A stretch of 64,000 nt of DNA from Candidatus Parcubacteria bacterium (GTDB lineage: Bacteria > Patescibacteriota > Minisyncoccia > Phycocordibacterales > CAIZLB01), in NCBI GenBank assembly GCA_039795775.1, contig JBDKLC010000005.1, forward strand, positions 3,654 to 67,653, read 5' to 3'. Below the pieces are notes generated by a model, which was not told the DNA's origin, did not search any database, and was given only the letters and a program-made list of their open reading frames with translations. Numbering within the stretch: position 1 is the stretch's first letter; every line of letters begins with the position of its first letter. The position numbers were made by a program, and so were the translations under genes. Shown in pieces: positions 38,382 through 46,094 of this stretch.

Positions 38382-38483
38382 ATGGCTGCTAAAAAAGCAA
38401 AAAAGGCAACAAAGAAGAAAGTTGTTGCTAAAAAGTCTAAAGCTAAGAAGACTACAAAGAAAAAGACTGCAAAGCGAAAATAA
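38382..38483 (+). CDS. 33-aa Lys/Ala-rich basic peptide (histone-H1/Hc1-tail-like)
   Basis: ATG...TAA encodes MAAKKAKKATKKKVVAKKSKAKKTTKKKTAKRK. It lies in a 320-bp very AT-rich intergenic region and is followed by its own terminator. It is below the 60-aa cutoff of the ORF track. Confidence 0.4.
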   Translation: MAAKKAKKATKKKVVAKKSKAKKTTKKKTAKRK

Positions 38484-38502
38484 TCGCTTAGTCTCACTTA
38501 AC

Positions 38503-38528
38503 AAAAAACCCTCATTTGAGGGTTTTTT
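38503..38528 (+). terminator. Rho-independent terminator after the K-rich peptide gene
   Basis: AAAAAACCCTCA-TT-TGAGGGTTTTTT. Confidence 0.6.
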
Positions 38529-38574
38529 GTTTGGTTACATTTGGATAAATGGAGGCTAATAGTATAATGAAATT

Positions 38575-39348
38575 ATGGATACACAGAATTTTTCATTATA
38601 CAAAGTTATCGCCTTCGATCTCGATAACACGCTTGCTCCAAGCAAGCTCATTATAGACAAAGAGATGGAGGAGTTGCTTGCAGCACTTCTTGCAAAAACA
38701 AAAGTGGCAGTAATATCAGGAGGTAGCTTTGCACAATTTGAAAAAGAACTCTTAGACCCACTCTCATGTTTTGATCTTTTCAAAAATCTACACATTTTTC
38801 CAACTGATGGTACTGCATACTACACATATGCAAAACACGAATGGACTCCTGTATATCAAGAATCACTGACGCAACAGCAAAAAGAAAAAATTATGAATGC
38901 ATTTCAAGAGGTACTTGGTAAGCTGCCATCTCTCTATGTATCATCACAAATGTTGTACGGAGCTCTTGTTGAAGATCGTGACTCTCAGATTACTTTTTCA
39001 GGGCTTGGGCAGCAGGCACCTCTCGAAATTAAGCGATCTTGGGATCCAGATGGAAAAGTTCGATCTGCGATGAAGCAACTTCTTCAACCTATGCTCCCAG
39101 AATTCAGTATTACTATTGCAGGTACTACATCAATTGATGTCACTCCAAAAGATCACGACAAAGCATATGCTATTTCAAAGATCTGCTCATATCTCAATGT
39201 GACAAAAGAAGAAATATTATTTATTGGGGATGCTCTTTTTCTTGGAGGGAATGATGCGCCTGTTATAAGTACGGGGGTACAGACAATGGCAGTACGAGGA
39301 CCAAACGAAACAAAACTTATTATCAAAAAGATGTTGAGTACACTATAA
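38575..39348 (+). CDS. HAD-IIB (Cof-type) sugar-phosphate phosphatase / phosphomannomutase-like hydrolase
   Basis: VIAFDLDNTLAPS (DxDxT motif I), VAVISGGS (motif II) and FIGDALFLGGNDAPV (motif IV-like). Confidence 0.55.
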   Translation: MDTQNFSLYKVIAFDLDNTLAPSKLIIDKEMEELLAALLAKTKVAVISGGSFAQFEKELLDPLSCFDLFKNLHIFPTDGTAYYTYAKHEWTPVYQESLTQQQKEKIMNAFQEVLGKLPSLYVSSQMLYGALVEDRDSQITFSGLGQQAPLEIKRSWDPDGKVRSAMKQLLQPMLPEFSITIAGTTSIDVTPKDHDKAYAISKICSYLNVTKEEILFIGDALFLGGNDAPVISTGVQTMAVRGPNETKLIIKKMLSTL

Positions 39349-39355
39349 TATACGT

Positions 39356-39958
39356 ATGATTCAACCATTTGCAGAACGTACACATGAGAAAATGAAAGAC
39401 GTCCTCATGCATCCAGATGCTTCGGGACCGACTATTCACTACTATATGATCCGAGGAGGCAGTGATAAGAAAAATATTACTGTGTGGGAACCTGGTACTG
39501 TTGGAGGCGAATATATAAAAGCATATGGACACTACCATGTTGGAGATCTCGATGAGACATACTGGATTTTAAGTGGAAAGGGAATTCTTCTTCTTCAGAT
39601 ATGTCGCAAGAATTCGCAAGGACAAGATATAAAAGATGAAATCGAAAAGACTGTAGCTGTTACACTCAGTGCTGGTGAAAGTGCATATATCCCATCTGGA
39701 GTAGGTCATCTTATGGTCAATACAGGCGATACATGGCTTGTTGCACGAGACGATAGTCCTGTAAATTTTAATGATGTAGACCCTGTGAGTCTTCCTGGCC
39801 ATGCAGACTATGAATCAGTTCACCATATGAAAGGTTTTGCGTACTATGTAGTAGAAGAAGAAGGTAGGCCAACGTTTGTAAAGAATCCAACCTACAAATA
39901 TGTACCACCGATCGTACTTATGTCTGCAGATGAGTATAAACAGAAAGGTTTGGTATAA
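39356..39958 (+). CDS. Cupin-domain protein, possibly cupin-type glucose-6-phosphate isomerase
   Basis: GHYHVGDLDETYWILSGKGILL...ESAYIPSGVGHLMVNTG is a metal-binding cupin signature (H-x-H...E...H). Its position directly upstream of glgA/GH57/glgP suggests a sugar-phosphate isomerase. The function is inferred. Confidence 0.4.
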   Translation: MIQPFAERTHEKMKDVLMHPDASGPTIHYYMIRGGSDKKNITVWEPGTVGGEYIKAYGHYHVGDLDETYWILSGKGILLLQICRKNSQGQDIKDEIEKTVAVTLSAGESAYIPSGVGHLMVNTGDTWLVARDDSPVNFNDVDPVSLPGHADYESVHHMKGFAYYVVEEEGRPTFVKNPTYKYVPPIVLMSADEYKQKGLV

Positions 39959-39988
39959 TGTAACCGTTTGCAGTCAATAACCTTTCCT

Positions 39989-41488
39989 ATGAAATTTCTA
40001 AAAAAAGATACGCCTCTTAAAATACTGTTTGTTGGTCCTGAAGCCGCTCCATACGTAAAAATTGGAGGCCTTGGAGAAGTACTCCGATCTCTCCCATGTG
40101 CTCTTCGAGATATCGGTCATGATGCACGAGTGATTATCCCAAAGTATGCGGCTATTCCTGCTGATCAATTTGATATTGCTCTACATGCAGAAAATGTTCA
40201 GATTTCAAATGGCCCTGATAAAGTGATTGTTTGCAATGTAAAAGTGGGCATTCAAGCCGGCTCATCCAACATTACAAATTACTTTTTAGAAAATCAGGAA
40301 TTTTTTGAACAGCGGGGAAGTGTATATGGGTATGATGATGATGCTGCCCGATGGGCAGTTCTTTGTCGAGGCACATTAGAATTTATCCGATCACACTCTG
40401 ATTGGATCCCAGATATTATTGTCGGTGCTGATTGGCAGAGTGGTCTTATTCCTAACCTTCTCAAGACAGAATTTGCAGAAGATCCTGTGCTTTCAAAGAT
40501 TGCCTCTGTGTTTTCAATTCACAATTTGCATTTCCAGGGAATGTTCGACCCACACTATATAAATGAACTTGAGTATGATGATGGACAGTCAGCTGTGCCA
40601 CTTATTGGTGACCCAGCACTTCTCAAGAAAAATTTCATGCGACGAGGTATTCGTTTTGCTGACGTCGTAAATACTGTATCGCCTACATATGCACAAGAAA
40701 TTACTACATCTGAGTTTGGTGAGCTTCTCAATCCGCTTTTGCAAGAACGAAGATCACGACTCTTCGGTATATTGAATGGTATCGACTATGAGTCAAATAG
40801 TCCTGAGCTCAATCCGTATGTTGAGGTGAAATATTCATCAAAAAACTTTAAAGACAGAAAAAGAAATAAACTATTACTTCAGAAAAAGTTTAATCTTGAA
40901 GAAGAAGAGGATGTACCTATCTTTGCTATTGTGTCACGACTCAGTGAGCAAAAAGGTCTCGACCTTCTTATTGATACAATGGAGCCTCTTCTCAATAACT
41001 ATAAATTTCAGCTTATTGTCCTAGGCTCAGGAGATTCACGATATTTGTCGCTCTTCAGTGATTTAGAAAAAAGATTCCCACAAGTTGCAACGCATCTTTC
41101 ATTCGACCGAGCACTTCCACACATGATTTACTCAGGGTGTGACGTGGTTCTCGTACCATCACGATTTGAACCTTGTGGTCTCACACAAATGGAAGCAATG
41201 CGATACGGTGCAGTGCCACTTGTACGAAAGACAGGCGGTCTTGCCGATAGTGTTCAGAAGTATTCTGTCGAAAAAGACACAGGCACAGGGTTCATGTTTG
41301 AAAATTACGACAAGTATGCCTTCTTTGGTGCATTTGTTCAGGCTATCGAAACATACAAATACCAAGACCGATGGAAGGGAATTCAGAAGCGAGCAATGGA
41401 ATCAAATTTCTCATGGAGTAAGTCAGCCATAGAATATATAGAGCTTTTCAAAAAGGCGATTGCTTTTAAGAATGAGCAAAAAGATTAA
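39989..41488 (+). CDS. glgA: Glycogen/starch synthase (GT5)
   Basis: LKILFVGPEAAPYVKIGGLGEV is the KxGGL motif. The C-terminal RFEPCGLTQMEAMRYGAVP matches the GT-B E-x7-E motif. The start is taken at the ATG at 39989; the track's TTG is at 39968. A TGGTATAAT extended -10 lies at ~39951. Confidence 0.9.
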   Translation: MKFLKKDTPLKILFVGPEAAPYVKIGGLGEVLRSLPCALRDIGHDARVIIPKYAAIPADQFDIALHAENVQISNGPDKVIVCNVKVGIQAGSSNITNYFLENQEFFEQRGSVYGYDDDAARWAVLCRGTLEFIRSHSDWIPDIIVGADWQSGLIPNLLKTEFAEDPVLSKIASVFSIHNLHFQGMFDPHYINELEYDDGQSAVPLIGDPALLKKNFMRRGIRFADVVNTVSPTYAQEITTSEFGELLNPLLQERRSRLFGILNGIDYESNSPELNPYVEVKYSSKNFKDRKRNKLLLQKKFNLEEEEDVPIFAIVSRLSEQKGLDLLIDTMEPLLNNYKFQLIVLGSGDSRYLSLFSDLEKRFPQVATHLSFDRALPHMIYSGCDVVLVPSRFEPCGLTQMEAMRYGAVPLVRKTGGLADSVQKYSVEKDTGTGFMFENYDKYAFFGAFVQAIETYKYQDRWKGIQKRAMESNFSWSKSAIEYIELFKKAIAFKNEQKD

Positions 41489-41497
41489 TTTATCTCT

Positions 41498-42991
41498 ATG
41501 AAATGGGCAAACTTTTTACACATCTATCAACCTCTGGGACAGCAACCAGATATTCTTGAAGCTGTAACTCACCAGAGCTACCGACCACTTTTCCAAGGAA
41601 TGCTCGCACACCCAAATGTACATCTTACGTTTAACATCAGTGGAGCATTATTTGAAGTATTTGATAAATATGGATATACAGATGTCATCGATATGATACG
41701 TGAACTTGTAAAACAAGGACGACTTGAGATTATAGGTTCTGCAAAATATCACGCGCTTCTGCCATTTCTTGAAGAAGAAGAAATAACTCGCCAGATTCAG
41801 GCCAATACTGAAACACTTCGAAAATATTTAGGATCAGACTTTACACCAAGAGGGTTTTTTCCTCCAGAAATGGCATACAGTGAACGAGTCGGGAAAGTAG
41901 TATCTGATCTTGGATTCGAGTGGATTATCCTTGATGAAATAAGTTGTACGGGAAAAACAGAGCAACTTACATATAATGGTGTACATGCTATCAAGAATAC
42001 CAATCTCAAAGCAGTATTTCGAGAGAGACGACCAAGTAACCTCATTATGAGTTCAATGGTTCGCTCTACAGATTCGCTTATTGAAGCACTTGGAGAAGAG
42101 ATGAGTGAAGATAGATACTTACTTACTGCTATGGATGGAGAAACGTTCGGTCATCATCGACCGGGACTCGAACAGTTGTTGTTTAGTATTTTTGATTCTC
42201 CAAAATTTCAGTTGGTGACTATTACTGAACTTGTTCAGCAATCTACTGTGCTCGATACAATTGAGCCACATGAATCTACATGGGCCTCAAGTGAAGCTGA
42301 TATCGAACGAGGTGTTCAGTTTCTTTCATGGTCAGATCCTGACAATCAGATTCATACATGGCAGTGGGAACTCGTGCATCTTGCAGAAGAAGCTGTTCAC
42401 AAGATGGACAAGTCTTTATCAAATTATCCTGAATTTAGAACAAAGCTTGATGAGGCACTTGCGAGCGATCACTTTTGGTGGGCGTCTGCAAAGCCTTGGT
42501 GGAGTGTTGAGGAAATTGAGCGAGGTGCGTATCTCAATCTCAACCTAGTACGAACTGTACCGAGTAGCACTGATGAAATGAAATGGAAAGCTTCTGATCT
42601 TTACGAAAAAATTGTTTCGACAGCTTTTCAGTGGAAACGAAGTGGAAAGATTTTTGACATGATGAGAGGACAGGCAGAAAGTGTGAAAATTCCTTTTAAG
42701 GAAAGAACGTTCGAGAAAGGAGGTGTGGAAAAGGGAATTTACGATGCCTTTATGGCGATGTTTAAATCACTTGAACAAAAATCGGTAGAAGCAGGAGAAT
42801 ATGAAAAGGCTATCTTGTGGCGAGACGCAATCTACAAAATAGAAACAAAGAATGACATCTATGATGCAGTACATGCTATAGAGCTTCTTCGCCTCGAAAT
42901 ACCAAACTATGAAGTTGAGCAAACGCTCGATAAATACACTGAGCAGTACAAACACATGAGAGGTGGCCAACCAGAACAGCGCGGGGCATAA
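41498..42991 (+). CDS. GH57-family alpha-glucan enzyme (branching enzyme / 4-alpha-glucanotransferase-like)
   Basis: GH57 signatures HIYQP, EIIGSAKYHALLPF, FFPPEMAYSE, EWIILDE and DGETFGHH. Confidence 0.8.
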   Translation: MKWANFLHIYQPLGQQPDILEAVTHQSYRPLFQGMLAHPNVHLTFNISGALFEVFDKYGYTDVIDMIRELVKQGRLEIIGSAKYHALLPFLEEEEITRQIQANTETLRKYLGSDFTPRGFFPPEMAYSERVGKVVSDLGFEWIILDEISCTGKTEQLTYNGVHAIKNTNLKAVFRERRPSNLIMSSMVRSTDSLIEALGEEMSEDRYLLTAMDGETFGHHRPGLEQLLFSIFDSPKFQLVTITELVQQSTVLDTIEPHESTWASSEADIERGVQFLSWSDPDNQIHTWQWELVHLAEEAVHKMDKSLSNYPEFRTKLDEALASDHFWWASAKPWWSVEEIERGAYLNLNLVRTVPSSTDEMKWKASDLYEKIVSTAFQWKRSGKIFDMMRGQAESVKIPFKERTFEKGGVEKGIYDAFMAMFKSLEQKSVEAGEYEKAILWRDAIYKIETKNDIYDAVHAIELLRLEIPNYEVEQTLDKYTEQYKHMRGGQPEQRGA

Positions 42992-43031
42992 TACATATAA
43001 ATATAAAGAATATATAAAGACACAGCACAAT

Positions 43032-44747
43032 ATGAACGAACACGAAACAACAGTATTTGATGGATGGTTTGATGAATTTAGTCGGAAGAAAGAGTATAAA
43101 GAATTTCTTGCTGAGCCTGTTGCATATTTTTGTGCTGAATATGCGTTGTTCAACCATTCTCCGCTGTATGCAGGTGGTTTGGGAATTCTCTCGGGTGACT
43201 ATATAAATGAAATGATTGATCAAAAACTGCCGTGTGTTGCACTCGGTCTTTTTTACTATCATGAACACGTCTATGGAAAAGCAAACTCATCTGCAATTGT
43301 TACACCAGATAAACTTGGTCTCGAACTTATTCGAAACGAAGCAGAAGAACCACGAATTGTGACAGTGCCTATCGGTGAACGAGAAGTAAAAATTCAAGCA
43401 TGGCAGTGGAAGCAGGGCGCTGTGACACTTATTCTTCTCGATACACATGTTGAGGGAAATCATATTGATGACATGACAATCACGGATACGTTGTATGTAG
43501 AAAATCGTGATATGCGTCTCAAGCAAGAAATGGTGCTTGGTATTGGGGGTATGCGATTTTTGAAAGCGCTCGGTATTCATCCATCGGTGTATCATCTCAA
43601 TGAGGGTCACTCTGCATTTTTGGCATTTGAGCTTATTCGTCATGAAATGAAGCACAGACAAGTTGATTTCCTCAAAGCGTGTCAGTATGCACGTCAGCAC
43701 ATTGTGTTTACCAATCATACTTTGGTGGCAGCAGGGCATGAACTATTTTCGCTTGAAGCAGTAAAATCAATGGCTCACAATTTTGCCCAGGAGCTTGGTA
43801 TAAACGTGGAGCAGCTCATCGCTCTTGGTGTTGAGGCAAATTCAACACTTTTTTCAATGACAGTACTGGCTCTCAATCTTTCATACAAAGTGAATGCTGT
43901 AAGTAAACTACACGGACAAAAGGCTGCAGAACTTTGGAAAAATTATTCAGTGGAAGAAGTGACAAACGGTGTGTATCTCAGTCGATGGGATATTACTCAC
44001 GATGGTTCACCAGAAGCTTTTTGGAAAGCACACCAAGAAAACAAACGAAATCTTCTTAAGACTATAAAAGAAAAAACTGGACAGATGTTTGACGAAAACA
44101 CATTGCTTCTCGGATGGGGAAGACGACTTGTAGAATATAAACAGCCACTCGCAATTCTCGGAGATGTTGCTCGATTTAAACAGCTTGCAGAAGCAGAAGG
44201 CCGACAACTCAAGCTGGTATTTTCTGGACCACTCAACGAGAGTTATGCCGGAGAGAATAAATTTATTCAACAGCTTCAGACGCTTATTCATGGTGAACTC
44301 AAAGGTTCAGTAGTATTTTTGCCAAACTACGATATGGAACTCTCGCACCTTCTAGTAGCTGGATGTGATATTTGGCTCAACACTCCTATTGTCGGAACTG
44401 AAGCCTGCGGTACAAGTGGAATGAAAGCATGTCTCAACGGAACACTTCCAGTAACAACAAATGACGGCTGGATTGCAGAAACAAATCTCGATGAGATAGG
44501 TTGGGTGGTGAATGATCAAGACATCACTAAGAATCTTCTTGATGTTATCGAAACAGAAGTGGTGCCGATGTATTACCAGAATGTTGAAAGTCAGAAGAAT
44601 GGTCAATTTGAAACATCGTGGACAATACGAATGGAAAAGTCTCGAACTATGATTTTGAATAATTTCACTACGGCTCGAGCACTCAAGGAGTATATTGAAA
44701 AGTTTTATGTACCAACTCTTGTACATAAGAAGCATGCGCAGATGTAG
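43032..44747 (+). CDS. glgP: Alpha-glucan phosphorylase (GT35, short archaeal/bacterial-type GlgP)
   Basis: AGGLGILSGD near the N-terminus and the PLP-lysine motif GTEACGTSGMKACLNG. The start is taken at the ATG at 43032; the track's GTG is at 42963. Confidence 0.85.
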   Translation: MNEHETTVFDGWFDEFSRKKEYKEFLAEPVAYFCAEYALFNHSPLYAGGLGILSGDYINEMIDQKLPCVALGLFYYHEHVYGKANSSAIVTPDKLGLELIRNEAEEPRIVTVPIGEREVKIQAWQWKQGAVTLILLDTHVEGNHIDDMTITDTLYVENRDMRLKQEMVLGIGGMRFLKALGIHPSVYHLNEGHSAFLAFELIRHEMKHRQVDFLKACQYARQHIVFTNHTLVAAGHELFSLEAVKSMAHNFAQELGINVEQLIALGVEANSTLFSMTVLALNLSYKVNAVSKLHGQKAAELWKNYSVEEVTNGVYLSRWDITHDGSPEAFWKAHQENKRNLLKTIKEKTGQMFDENTLLLGWGRRLVEYKQPLAILGDVARFKQLAEAEGRQLKLVFSGPLNESYAGENKFIQQLQTLIHGELKGSVVFLPNYDMELSHLLVAGCDIWLNTPIVGTEACGTSGMKACLNGTLPVTTNDGWIAETNLDEIGWVVNDQDITKNLLDVIETEVVPMYYQNVESQKNGQFETSWTIRMEKSRTMILNNFTTARALKEYIEKFYVPTLVHKKHAQM

Positions 44748-44897
44748 GTTGATATAATTGACGAAATTATACGAAAAGGTAGTCTTAGTGCGGGGAATAA
44801 CGTGACTCGGCGAAGTCACACAACAAGCACAAACCTCTCATTTCGTATGGGATTACCAAAAAAGAAAAAAAAGCTAAAACAACCACGTGGGTCTGAA

Positions 44898-45992
44898 ATG
44901 ACCTACAAGGATAGTGGTGTCGACTACGGCGCTCTCGATCCTCTCAAAATCGTTTGCCAAAACTTGGCGGCGCAAACACGAAACAATATCGGCGACACGG
45001 ATGTCTTTGAGTTAGCTTCAACGCGAGGCGAAAGCTACTACGCGTTGGAACTACCTGATCGTTACCTCGTGACTGTCACCGAAGGACTCGGGACACGCAA
45101 TCGCGTGGCCGAGATCGCCGGTGAGCTCACGGGAAATGCTCAGTATTACTTCAACATGGGATACTCAAATGCGGCGACGGCGTTTAATGATCTGACAACC
45201 TCTGGTGGTCGGATCCTGACGTTTTCGCTTCATATCGCGACGGGCAGTGCAGCGTGGATGAAAAATCCGCGCTTCATGGAAGCATTTGCGCAAGGCACAA
45301 AAAAAGCCTGCGACGATGCACGATGCACTTGGGGAGGTGGGGAGACATCCACCCTTCGAGACATCGTTCTTCCGAACACTGCGGTGCTCGGTGGATCTGC
45401 CTTTGGCCAAGTGGTAGACAAGTCTTCACTCGTAGACTCTTCGCGAGTCAGTGCTGGAGACGCTATCATTTTGGTGGCGAGCTCGGGCATTCACGACAAC
45501 GGCATCACGCTCACGCGCGATCTGCCTACTCGTTTGCGTCATGGGTATAATACGAGGGTCAAAGGTGGAGGGCGGTTCTTCGAGGAACTTCTCATTCCTA
45601 CGACCATCTATGCCAAGATGATCTACGCTCTTCGGAAAGGCAATATTCCGCTTCACTACGTCATGAATATCACCGGCCACGGCTGGCGCAAACTCATGCG
45701 GGCTCCTCAGCCCTTTACGTATCGGATCAAAAAGCTACTGCCTGTTCCGCCTATCTTCCCGTTCATTCAACATCACGGGAATATCGCGGCCCCGGAAATG
45801 TGGGGCAATTACAACATGGGCGCAGGGTATGCCGTGGTCGTGCCACACAAAAAGCTCACTGCTGCCTTGTCCATCATCAAAAAGGCAGGATACCAGGCAA
45901 TCCATGCCGGCGACGTCGAAGAAGGCAAAAAACAAGTCCTTCTCGAACCTATCGGGGTTGAATATGAGGCGGGTTCACTCAGCATCCGCTAA
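44898..45992 (+). CDS. PurM-like (AIR-synthase-related) protein encoded in a GC-rich (~57%) segment
   Basis: MTYKDSGVDY, VTVTEGLGTRNRVAEIAG, WGGGETSTL and DAIILVASSGIHDNGITL parallel the PurM motifs YKDAGVDI, VSGTDGVGTKLRLA, GGETAEMPG and DVLIALGSSGPHSNGYSL. The start is taken at the ATG at 44898. GC-rich composition produces spurious overlapping ORFs on both strands. Confidence 0.7.
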   Translation: MTYKDSGVDYGALDPLKIVCQNLAAQTRNNIGDTDVFELASTRGESYYALELPDRYLVTVTEGLGTRNRVAEIAGELTGNAQYYFNMGYSNAATAFNDLTTSGGRILTFSLHIATGSAAWMKNPRFMEAFAQGTKKACDDARCTWGGGETSTLRDIVLPNTAVLGGSAFGQVVDKSSLVDSSRVSAGDAIILVASSGIHDNGITLTRDLPTRLRHGYNTRVKGGGRFFEELLIPTTIYAKMIYALRKGNIPLHYVMNITGHGWRKLMRAPQPFTYRIKKLLPVPPIFPFIQHHGNIAAPEMWGNYNMGAGYAVVVPHKKLTAALSIIKKAGYQAIHAGDVEEGKKQVLLEPIGVEYEAGSLSIR

Positions 45993-46009
45993 ATATCAAC
46001 CATTCACAA

Positions 46010-46048
46010 TAATCTCATCAGGGGCCGCACGACGAAGTCGCGCGGCCC
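46010..46048 (+). terminator. GC-rich hairpin terminator after the PurM-like gene
   Basis: AGGGGCCGC-(ACGACGAAGTCGC)-GCGGCCCCT followed by TTACCTTTGTTG. Confidence 0.5.
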
Positions 46049-46094
46049 CTTTACCTTTGTTGCAGAGCCACATAATGTGCTACAGTTATCCCGT

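Noticed and set aside
38253-38504. 83-aa minus-strand ORF in the AT-rich spacer
   Set aside because: The translation is low-complexity (Phe/Leu/Cys-rich) and antisense to the K-rich peptide gene and its terminator, so it is spurious.
45165-45935. Cluster of 66-98-aa ORFs on both strands inside the PurM-like gene (45165..45410-, 45230..45490-, 45254..45550+, 45426..45680-, 45735..45935-, 45829..46182+)
   Set aside because: High GC content suppresses stop codons in all frames. The long plus-strand frame with PurM motifs is the real gene.
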